Origin: Escherichia coli | GTDB taxonomy: Bacteria; Pseudomonadota; Gammaproteobacteria; Enterobacterales; Enterobacteriaceae | Direction: 5' to 3' (one strand) | Assembly: GCF_016026235.1 (NCBI RefSeq) | Contig: NZ_CP065613.1 | DNA length: 64,000 nt | Shown here: positions 26,619-36,035 of the stretch, in pieces | How the letters are laid out: the number at the start of each line of letters is the position of its first letter | Numbering within the stretch: position 1 is the first letter of the stretch | Program-made: the position numbers and the translations under genes | The notes under the pieces: model-generated | The model's input: only the letters and a program-made list of their open reading frames with translations | Told to the model about the DNA's origin: nothing | Databases searched by the model: none

Positions 26619-27992
26619 ATGGCACTTTGGGGCGGGCGTTTTACCCAGGCAGCAGATCAACGGTTCAAACAATTCAACGACTCACTGCGCTTTGATTACC
26701 GTCTGGCGGAGCAGGATATTGTTGGCTCTGTGGCCTGGTCCAAAGCCCTGGTCACGGTAGGCGTGTTAACCGCAGAAGAGCAGGCGCAACTGGAAGAGGC
26801 GCTGAACGTGCTGCTGGAAGATGTTCGCGCCAGGCCACAACAAATCCTTGAAAGCGACGCCGAAGATATCCATAGCTGGGTGGAAGGCAAACTGATCGAC
26901 AAAGTGGGCCAGTTAGGCAAAAAGCTGCATACCGGGCGTAGTCGTAACGATCAGGTAGCGACTGACCTGAAACTGTGGTGCAAAGATACCGTTAGCGAGT
27001 TACTGACGGCTAACCGACAGCTGCAATCGGCGCTGGTGGAAACCGCACAAAACAATCAGGACGCGGTCATGCCAGGTTACACTCACCTGCAACGCGCCCA
27101 GCCGGTGACGTTCGCGCACTGGTGCCTGGCCTATGTTGAGATGCTGGCGCGTGATGAAAGCCGTTTGCAGGATGCGCTTAAGCGTCTGGATGTCAGCCCA
27201 TTAGGCTGTGGCGCGCTGGCGGGAACGGCCTATGAAATCGACCGTGAACAGTTAGCGGGCTGGCTGGGATTTGCTTCAGCAACCCGTAACAGTCTCGACA
27301 GCGTTTCTGACCGTGACCACGTGCTGGAACTGCTTTCTGCTGCCGCTATCGGCATGGTGCATCTGTCGCGTTTTGCTGAAGATCTGATTTTCTTTAACAC
27401 CGGCGAAGCGGGGTTTGTGGAGCTTTCGGACCGCGTGACTTCCGGTTCATCATTAATGCCGCAGAAGAAAAACCCGGATGCGCTGGAGCTGATTCGCGGT
27501 AAATGCGGTCGGGTGCAGGGGGCGTTAACCGGCATGATGATGACGCTGAAAGGTTTGCCGCTGGCTTACAACAAAGATATGCAGGAAGACAAAGAAGGTC
27601 TGTTCGACGCGCTCGATACCTGGCTGGACTGCCTGCATATGGCGGCGCTGGTGCTGGACGGCATTCAGGTGAAACGTCCACGTTGCCAGGAAGCGGCTCA
27701 GCAGGGTTACGCCAACGCCACCGAACTGGCGGATTACCTGGTGGCGAAAGGCGTACCGTTCCGCGAGGCGCACCATATTGTTGGTGAAGCGGTGGTGGAA
27801 GCCATTCGTCAGGGCAAACCGCTGGAAGATCTGCCACTCAGTGAGTTGCAGAAATTCAGCCCGGTGATTGGCGAAGATGTCTATCCGATTCTGTCGCTGC
27901 AATCGTGCCTCGACAAGCGTGCGGCAAAAGGCGGCGTCTCACCGCAGCAGGTGGCGCAGGCGATTGCTTTTGCAAGGGCGCGGTTGGGGTAA
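26619..27992 (+). CDS. argH: Argininosuccinate lyase
   Basis: 457 aa ORF, same length as K-12 ArgH. Confidence 0.95.
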   Translation: MALWGGRFTQAADQRFKQFNDSLRFDYRLAEQDIVGSVAWSKALVTVGVLTAEEQAQLEEALNVLLEDVRARPQQILESDAEDIHSWVEGKLIDKVGQLGKKLHTGRSRNDQVATDLKLWCKDTVSELLTANRQLQSALVETAQNNQDAVMPGYTHLQRAQPVTFAHWCLAYVEMLARDESRLQDALKRLDVSPLGCGALAGTAYEIDREQLAGWLGFASATRNSLDSVSDRDHVLELLSAAAIGMVHLSRFAEDLIFFNTGEAGFVELSDRVTSGSSLMPQKKNPDALELIRGKCGRVQGALTGMMMTLKGLPLAYNKDMQEDKEGLFDALDTWLDCLHMAALVLDGIQVKRPRCQEAAQQGYANATELADYLVAKGVPFREAHHIVGEAVVEAIRQGKPLEDLPLSELQKFSPVIGEDVYPILSLQSCLDKRAAKGGVSPQQVAQAIAFARARLG

Positions 27993-28046
27993 GAACATTT
28001 ATATGTACAAATTTGAGCCTGGCTTATCGCCGGGCTTTTTTATGGC

Positions 28047-28163
28047 AAAAAAAAGCGGATCCTGGAGATCCGCAAAAGTTCACGTTGGCTTTAGTTATTC
28101 GAGTTGAGAAACTCTCGAAACGGGCAGTGACTTCAAGGGTTAAAAGAGGTGCCGCTCCGTTTC
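28047..28163 (-). ncRNA. oxyS: OxyS small regulatory RNA (oxidative stress, OxyR-induced)
   Basis: Minus-strand sequence gaaacggagcggcacctcttttaaccc...gcggatctccaggatccgc followed by a U run matches my recall of oxyS; divergent from oxyR. Confidence 0.8.
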
Positions 28164-28258
28164 TGTGAGCAATTATCAGTCAGAATGCTTGATAGGGATA
28201 ATCGTTCATTGCTATTCTACCTATCGCCATGAACTATCGTGGAGATGGAGGATGGATA

Positions 28259-29176
28259 ATGAATATTCGTGATCTTGAGTACCTGGTGGCATTGGCTGAA
28301 CACCGCCATTTTCGGCGTGCGGCAGATTCCTGCCACGTTAGCCAGCCGACGCTTAGCGGGCAAATTCGTAAGCTGGAAGATGAGCTGGGCGTGATGTTGC
28401 TGGAGCGGACCAGCCGTAAAGTGTTGTTCACCCAGGCGGGAATGCTGCTGGTGGATCAGGCGCGTACCGTGCTGCGTGAGGTGAAAGTCCTTAAAGAGAT
28501 GGCAAGCCAGCAGGGCGAGACGATGTCCGGACCGCTGCATATTGGTTTGATTCCCACGGTTGGACCGTACCTGCTACCGCATATTATCCCGATGCTGCAC
28601 CAGACCTTTCCAAAGCTGGAAATGTATCTGCATGAAGCACAGACCCACCAGTTACTGGCGCAACTGGACAGCGGCAAACTCGATTGCGTGATCCTCGCGC
28701 TGGTGAAAGAGAGCGAAGCATTCATTGAAGTGCCGTTGTTTGATGAGCCAATGTTGCTGGCTATCTATGAAGACCACCCGTGGGCGAACCGCGAATGCGT
28801 ACCGATGGCCGATCTGGCTGGGGAAAAACTGCTGATGCTGGAAGATGGTCACTGTTTGCGCGATCAGGCAATGGGTTTCTGTTTTGAAGCCGGGGCGGAT
28901 GAAGATACACACTTCCGCGCGACCAGCCTGGAAACTCTGCGCAACATGGTGGCGGCAGGTAGCGGGATCACTTTACTGCCTGCGCTGGCTGTGCCGCCGG
29001 AGCGCAAACGCGATGGGGTTGTTTATCTGCCGTGCATTAAGCCGGAACCACGCCGCACTATTGGCCTGGTTTATCGTCCTGGCTCACCGCTGCGCAGCCG
29101 CTATGAGCAGCTGGCAGAGGCCATCCGCGCAAGAATGGATGGCCATTTCGATAAAGTGTTAAAACAGGCGGTTTAA
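28259..29176 (+). CDS. oxyR: LysR-family hydrogen peroxide-responsive regulator
   Basis: ORF 28229..29176, trimmed to the ATG giving [10 protein letters not shown] and the 305 aa K-12 length. Confidence 0.95.
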   Translation: MNIRDLEYLVALAEHRHFRRAADSCHVSQPTLSGQIRKLEDELGVMLLERTSRKVLFTQAGMLLVDQARTVLREVKVLKEMASQQGETMSGPLHIGLIPTVGPYLLPHIIPMLHQTFPKLEMYLHEAQTHQLLAQLDSGKLDCVILALVKESEAFIEVPLFDEPMLLAIYEDHPWANRECVPMADLAGEKLLMLEDGHCLRDQAMGFCFEAGADEDTHFRATSLETLRNMVAAGSGITLLPALAVPPERKRDGVVYLPCIKPEPRRTIGLVYRPGSPLRSRYEQLAEAIRARMDGHFDKVLKQAV

Positions 29177-30559
29177 ACCGTTTAACGCAGCTACCCGATA
29201 GGCTTCCGCCATCGTCGGGTAGTTAAAGGTGGTGTTGACGAAGTACTCAATAGTGTTGCCGCCACCTTTCTGTTCCATAATCGCCTGACCGATATGAATA
29301 ATCTCGGCAGCGCGCTCGCCAAAGCAGTGAATGCCCAGAATCTCTTTTGTTTCCCGATGGAACAAAATTTTCAGCGTGCCCACGTTCATGCCGACGATTT
29401 GTGCACGTGCCAGATGTTTGAACTGGGCGCGGCCCACTTCATATGGCACTTTCATCGCGGTCAGCTGCTGTTCGGTTTTGCCCACAGAGCTGATTTCCGG
29501 GATGGTGTAAATGCCTGTAGGGATATCTTCAATCAGATGCGCGGTGGCTTCGCCTTTTACCAGCGCCTGCGCGGCAATGCGCCCCTGGTCATAGGCCGCT
29601 GATGCCAGGCTCGGATAACCAATCACGTCGCCCACCGCGTAAACGTGCGGCTGTGCGGTCTGATACATGCTGTTGACCTTCAGCTGTCCGCGACTGTCAG
29701 TTTCCAGCCCAATGTTCTGTAACGCCAGCGAATCGGTATTACCGGTACGACCGTTGGCATAGAGCAGGCAGTCAGCTTTCAGTTTTTTACCCGACTTCAG
29801 ATGCATGATCACACCGTCGTCACAGCCTTCGATCTTCTCGTACTCTTCGTTGTGACGAATCACTACGCCACTGTTCCAGAAGTGATAGGAGAGAGAATCT
29901 GACATCTCTTGATCGAGAAATGCCAGCAGGCGATCGCGGGTGTTGATCAGATCCACTTTTACATCCATACCGCGGAAGATCGACGCATATTCACAGCCGA
30001 TCACTCCAGCACCATAGATAAGTACATGGCGCGGTTCGTGGTGCATGCTGAGAATTGAGTCGCTGTCGTAAATGCGTGGATGGGTGAAATCAACATCTGT
30101 TGGATGATATGGACGAGAGCCGCAGGCAATAACAAATTTTTCAGCGGTTAGTGTTTCAACGCTGCCGTCCGGGCAATCCAGCGCCAACGTATGCTCGTCA
30201 ACAAAGCGAGCGTTCCCCTGCAATATTTCACAGTGATTACGTTCGTAAAATCCCTGACGCATGCGCGTTTGTTGATTAATCACGTTATCGGCATGGTTAA
30301 GGATATCGGCAAAAGAAGAGCGGAGCAGTCGGGAATGGTCGCTGTATAGTGGGTTTTGATTGAATTCTATAATGCGGCTGACGGCGTGACGGAGAGCTTT
30401 CGACGGGATGGTGCCCCAGTGGGTGCAACCGCCGCCAACATTTTGATAACGCTCGATAACTGCGACGCGCGCACCTTGCTTAACTAGGCCCATTGCAGCG
30501 CCTTCGCCGCCGGGGCCGGAACCTATTACTATGGCATCGTAATCGTAGGAATGTGGCAT
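29159..30559 (-). CDS. sthA: Soluble pyridine nucleotide transhydrogenase
   Basis: 466 aa ORF with FAD-binding GSGPGG motif; convergent with oxyR and overlapping its 3' end. Confidence 0.95.
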
Positions 30560-30888
30560 GGTAGGGCTTACCTGTTCTTATACATAAAAGCAACAGAATG
30601 GTAACATTTTATCGCGGGTAAGCCAATTGATCCCCGTCATTAATCTGGCTATAGCGTGAGCGGCCTTTGCTTTGTCTGCCTCCTTCTTAACCCATTTATT
30701 CACTATTAATCGCTTTTTATTATGGCTGATAGTTTTATCTTGCCGAAGCGTGCTTTTTTGTTATTGTCTTTATGAAATCTTCTTATAAAACAAACATATA
30801 AATATTTTATATTGATGGGTTATTTGTATTTATACCATCAATAAAATCCGTTAATTAGCCTGTTTATAAGTGAATAAAGGAATAGCCG

Positions 30889-32055
30889 ATGATCGAACAC
30901 TATATTCGAGGGTTTGAGGAAGAACTGCGTGAGATCCGCCATCAGATCCACGAAAACCCGGAGCTGGGATTACAAGAATTTAAAACCAGTGCTTTGGTTG
31001 CGGAAAAGCTGCGTCAGTGGGGCTATGAAGTAGAGCAAGGACTGGCGACGACGGGGATAGTGGCCACGTTAAAAGTGGGCGACGGAGAGAAAAGTATTGG
31101 CCTGCGGGCGGATATGGATGCGCTGCCGATTTATGAAAATAGTGGCAAGCCCTGGGCCAGTAAACATCCTGGTTTAATGCACGCCTGCGGGCATGACGGG
31201 CATACCACCATACTGCTGGGGGCCGCGCGTTATTTTGCCGAAACCCGCCGTTTTAACGGCACGTTACGTCTTATCTTCCAGCCTGCGGAAGAGATGATTA
31301 ATGGCGGTGAGATCATGGTTAAAGAGGGGCTTTTTGATCATTTCCCCTGCGATGTCATTTTCGGCATGCATAACATGCCCGGTCTGCCGGTGGGTAAGTT
31401 TTATTTCCAGCCAGGGGCACTGATGGCGTCAATGGATCAGTTCCATATTACAGTTCGTGGTTGTGGCGGACACGGTGCGATCCCGCACAAAGCCATCGAT
31501 CCGGTGCTAGTTGCCGCACATATCACCACCGCATTACAAAGCATTGTGTCACGCAATGTCGATCCGCTGGAAGCGGCGGTAATTACCGTCGGCAGCATTG
31601 TTGCGGGTGAGGCGGCTAACGTCATTCCTGACAGTGCTGAGATGAAAATCAGCGTCCGCTCTCTTAGCCGCGATACCCGACAACTTCTTCTGACCCGTAT
31701 TCCTGCTCTGGCACAAGCCCAGGCTGCCAGCTTTGGCGCTACGGCTGAGGTTACGCATGTTAACGGTACACCAGTATTAGTAAATGACGAGGAGATGGCG
31801 CGCTTCGCCTGGCAGGTGGCGTGTAAAACGTTTGGTGAAGATCGGGCCGAGTTTGGCATCAAGCCTCTGATGGGCAGTGAAGATTTCTCTTTCATGCTGG
31901 AAGCCCAACCCAAAGGCGGTTTCCTGTTATTCGGTAATGGCGATGTCGGGGAAGGTTCCTGCATGGTGCATAACCCGGGTTACGACTTCAACGATGCAAG
32001 TCTGGTCCCGGCAAGCAGCTACTGGGGCGCACTGGTAGAAGCCTGGCTGCAATAA
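30889..32055 (+). CDS. M20D-family amidohydrolase (hippurate hydrolase / N-acyl-amino acid amidohydrolase-like)
   Basis: 388 aa ORF with aggaa RBS; HACGHDGH metal-binding motif and overall layout typical of M20D aminoacylases; no gene sits here in K-12 as I recall. Confidence 0.85.
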   Translation: MIEHYIRGFEEELREIRHQIHENPELGLQEFKTSALVAEKLRQWGYEVEQGLATTGIVATLKVGDGEKSIGLRADMDALPIYENSGKPWASKHPGLMHACGHDGHTTILLGAARYFAETRRFNGTLRLIFQPAEEMINGGEIMVKEGLFDHFPCDVIFGMHNMPGLPVGKFYFQPGALMASMDQFHITVRGCGGHGAIPHKAIDPVLVAAHITTALQSIVSRNVDPLEAAVITVGSIVAGEAANVIPDSAEMKISVRSLSRDTRQLLLTRIPALAQAQAASFGATAEVTHVNGTPVLVNDEEMARFAWQVACKTFGEDRAEFGIKPLMGSEDFSFMLEAQPKGGFLLFGNGDVGEGSCMVHNPGYDFNDASLVPASSYWGALVEAWLQ

Positions 32056-32097
32056 ATAAAACAACACACAACAACACTTTTTGGCAAGGAACATGGA

Positions 32098-33414
32098 ATG
32101 ACGGCGATCGTAAATGAAACCGTGAGTGTGAAGAAAAAGCCCAGCGGCAGGCGGGTGATTTTTGCCTCGGCGTTTGGCAATGCGCTCGAATTTTTTGATT
32201 TTGGCGTTTACAACTTTTTTGTGGTCTATATCAGTACACTTTTCTTCCCACCCAGCGCTGATCACAATGTCGCGCTGTTACTGGCATTTGCAACGTTTGG
32301 CGTGAGTTTTTTTATGCGCCCGCTTGGTGGAATTATCGTCGGGGCCTGGGCCGATCGTTTCGGACGCAAACCCGCGATGGTGTTCACTATTGCCCTGATG
32401 AGCCTCGGCACGTTGATGATTGGCATTGCGCCGACGTATGCGACGGCGGGCTATTGGGGAACGGCAACTCTGGTACTTGCTCGTTTGATTCAGGGTGTTG
32501 CAGCAGGCGGTGAAGTTGGGGCTTCAATGTCGCTACTGGTGGAGTCAGCTCCGGCAAATCGTCGCGGTTTTTACAGCAGTTGGTCACTGGCGACTCAAGG
32601 CCTGGCAACAACTTTTGGAGGTGTTGTCGCTTTAGGTTTAAGTGCATGGCTGCCCTTTGCGACCGGTTCAGAAACCGTCATGGCTGAATGGGGCTGGCGT
32701 GTGCCGTTTTTTATTGGCGTGTTATTAGCGCCTGTCGGCTGTTGGTTGCGTTTGAGTCTGGAAAATGATGTTCCTGAGCCAGCACATAATAAGAAGGCCG
32801 CAGCCAGCGAAAGCGCCTTCTCCTTACTTATGCAACATAAAGCGACTATCGCTAACGGTATCTTGCTCGCTATTGGTAGCACGGTCGCAACCTATATCTC
32901 CCTCTTTTATTACGGTACATGGGCGGCGAAGTATTTAGGAATGAACCAAAACTATTCTCATGCAGCGATGTTACTGGCGGGCGTTATTACGTTTGTGGGT
33001 GCGCTGCTGGTGGGGATGTTGTGCGATTCGGTCGGGCGTAAAAAGCTGATTTTAATCTCCCGTGTGATGGTGCTGATCTGTAGCTGGCCGTCATTCTGGC
33101 TGTTGGTGAATTACCCAAGCCCTGGCATGTTGCTGACGGTGGTTTTCGTGATGGTCAGCTTTACCACGCTTGGCGGTGTGCCAGTGATGTTGTTGATCTC
33201 TGAACTGTTGCCGAAACGGATTCGGGCATTGGGTTTTGCGCTGGTTTATAGCATTGGTGTGGCAATCTTTGGCGGTTTTGCTCAATATTTCGCTACGCAA
33301 TCCATCGTGTTGCTGGATAGTTTGACGGCTCCGGCGTGGTATCTGGGTGGAGGCACGTTGCTGTCGATGTTGGCGTTGTTGTACGTAAAAGAACCGGCCA
33401 AAGAATTGCAGTAA
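32098..33414 (+). CDS. MFS transporter, metabolite:H+ symporter (MHS) family
   Basis: 438 aa hydrophobic ORF with the MHS signature [13 protein letters not shown] and ADRFGRK loop motif; 42 bp downstream of the amidohydrolase, same strand. Confidence 0.85.
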
Positions 33415-33463
33415 ATATGTTTTATTGCGTTACCGTTCATTCACAATACTGGAGCAATCCAGT

Positions 33464-34168
33464 ATGTTCATTCTCTGGTATAGTGCCAGCAGTACTTTTG
33501 GCAAGGATTCAGACATCGTGATGGGCGTAAGAGCGCAACAAAAAGAAAAAACCCGCCGTTCGCTGGTGGAAGCCGCATTTAGCCAATTAAGTGCTGAACG
33601 CAGCTTCGCCAGCCTGAGTTTGCGTGAAGTGGCGCGTGAAGCGGGCATTGCTCCCACCTCTTTTTATCGGCATTTCCGAGACGTAGACGAACTGGGTCTG
33701 ACCATGGTTGATGAGAGCGGTTTAATGCTACGCCAACTCATGCGCCAGGCGCGTCAGCGTATCGCCAAAGGCGGGAGTGTGATCCGCACCTCGGTCTCCA
33801 CATTTATGGAGTTCATCGGTAATAATCCTAACGCCTTCCGGTTATTATTGCGGGAACGCTCCGGCACCTCCGCTGCGTTTCGTGCCGCCGTTGCGCGTGA
33901 AATTCAGCACTTCATTGCGGAACTTGCGGACTATCTGGAACTCGAAAACCATATGCCGCGTGCGTTTACTGAAGCGCAAGCCGAAGCAATGGTGACAATT
34001 GTCTTCAGTGCGGGTGCCGAGGCGTTGGACGTCGGCGTTGAACAACGTCGGCAATTAGAAGAGCGACTGGTACTGCAACTGCGAATGATTTCGAAAGGGG
34101 CTTATTACTGGTATCGCCGTGAACAAGAGAAAACCGCAATTATTCCGGGAAATGTGAAGGACGAGTAA
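33464..34168 (+). CDS. fabR: TetR-family repressor of unsaturated fatty acid biosynthesis
   Basis: ORF 33425..34168; start set at the ATG giving MFILWYS (234 aa form); an alternative downstream start giving MGVRAQQ would make 215 aa. Confidence 0.88.
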
Positions 34169-34527
34169 TGAAACAAGCAAATCAAGATAGAGGTACGCTG
34201 CTGCTGGCGTTGGTTGCTGGCTTATCGATTAATGGTACTTTCGCAGCGCTGTTTAGCTCCATTGTGCCATTTTCTGTATTCCCGATTATTTCCCTGGTGC
34301 TGACGGTTTACTGCCTGCATCAACGTTATCTTAATCGCACTATGCCGGTAGGCTTGCCGGGTCTGGCAGCTGCCTGTTTTATTCTCGGCGTACTGCTGTA
34401 CAGCACGGTAGTTCGTGCGGAATATCCGGATATCGGCTCTAACTTCTTCCCGGCAGTACTGTCCGTCATTATGGTGTTCTGGATTGGCGCGAAGATGCGT
34501 AACCGTAAGCAGGAAGTTGCTGAGTAA
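34168..34527 (+). CDS. yijD: Inner membrane protein YijD
   Basis: 119 aa hydrophobic ORF; its ATG overlaps the fabR stop (taATGa). Confidence 0.88.
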
Positions 34528-34566
34528 TCGGTATCATGCCGGATGCTGGCGCATCCGGCATGGGTT

Positions 34567-35667
34567 TTACTTCGCGGTCAGTAATACGCCGCACTCCATA
34601 TGGTGCGTGTAGGGGAACTGATCAAACAGAGCCAGACGTTCGACCTTGTGCGTCTGGCTTAATGTTTCCAGATTCTTGCATAACGTTTCCGGATTGCAGG
34701 AGATATACAGAATACGTGGATACGCCTGCACCATTTTCTCGGTTTCACTGTCCAGACCGCTGCGCGGTGGGTCGACAAAAATGGTTTCGCACTGATAACT
34801 CTTTAAGTCGATCCCTTGCAGGCGGTTAAACTCGCGCACACCATTCATCGCCTGAGTAAATTCTTCTGCCGCCATACGAATAATTTGTACGTTATCAATA
34901 TGGTTAGCTGCGATGTTGTATTGCGCAGCAGCAACCGACGGCTTAGCGATTTCGGTGGCTAATACCCGATCAAAATTGCGCGCCAGCGCTAATGAAAAGT
35001 TACCGTTGCCGCAGTACAGCTCCAGTAAATCGCCTTTTGAGCCTTTGGTTACGTCCAGCGCCCATTCCAGCATCTGAATATTCATCGCCGCGTTCGGCTG
35101 GGTAAAGCTGTTTTCTACCTGACGGTAGATCATCTCTTTCCCTGCGACCGGCAGACGTTCATCGATGTAATCCTGATCCAGCTCGATTTTGGTTTTCGTT
35201 GCCCGACCAATCAGATGCACATTCAGATTCTGCGCGCGCAGTGCATCGCGCAGTGCTTCCGCTTCCTGACGCCACTCATCATCCAGCTTTTTATGGTACA
35301 GCAGGGAAACCACCGCCTGATTACTCAGCGTGGTGAGATAATCAATCTGGAACAACTTGTGGCGTAGAACGGGATTATTACGCACACCCGCAATCATCGC
35401 CGTCATCAACTGGTTGATGAGTTCACTGGCAGCGGGGAAGCTATCCACGCGGATACGGCTTTTGGTTTGTTGATCGAAAATGATGTGATACAGGTCATCG
35501 CCATCGTGCCAGATGCGGAACTCCGCACGCATCCGGTAATGACTGACCGGCGAGCGAAACACTTCCGGAACCAGGTCAGAAAACGGTGCCATCATACTTT
35601 GCAAACGTACCACTTTTTCGGCTAACTGCGCTTCATACTGTTCTGTTGGAAGGTGTTCGGGGGTCAT
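34567..35667 (-). CDS. trmA: tRNA (uracil54-C5)-methyltransferase
   Basis: 366 aa ORF, same length as K-12 TrmA. Confidence 0.93.
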
Positions 35668-35795
35668 GATGTATCCTGAAAAATTAAAGTACGCGGCGAT
35701 TGTAGGGATTGCTCATCAGATGTCCAGATCTTGATGAATTCCTATTTGTGAGCTACGTCTGGACAGTAACTTGTTACAACCTGTAGCATCCACTT

Positions 35796-35990
35796 GCCGG
35801 TCCTGTGAGTTAATAGGGAATCCAGTGCGAATCTGGAGCTGACGCGCAGCGGTAAGGAAAGGTGCGATGATTGCGTTATGCGGACACTGCCATTCGGTGG
35901 GAAGTCATCATCTCTTAGTATCTTAGATACCCCTCCAAGCCCGAAGACCTGCCGGCCAACGTCGCATCTGGTTCTCATCATCGCGTAATA
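35796..35990 (+). promoter_or_regulatory. Adenosylcobalamin riboswitch in the btuB leader
   Basis: Leader sequence gccggtcctgtgagttaatagggaatccagtgcgaatctggagctgacgcgcagcggtaaggaaaggtgcg...aagcccgaagacctgccggcc matches my recall of the btuB leader and B12 box. Confidence 0.8.
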
Positions 35991-36035
35991 TTGATGAAAC
36001 CTGCGGCATCCTTCTTCTATTGTGGATGCTTTACA

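Noticed and set aside
28229-28258. Upstream in-frame extension of oxyR (ORF track start at 28229)
   Set aside because: The downstream ATG gives the 305-aa protein starting MNIRDLEY; the extension would overlap the OxyR operator and oxyS promoter region
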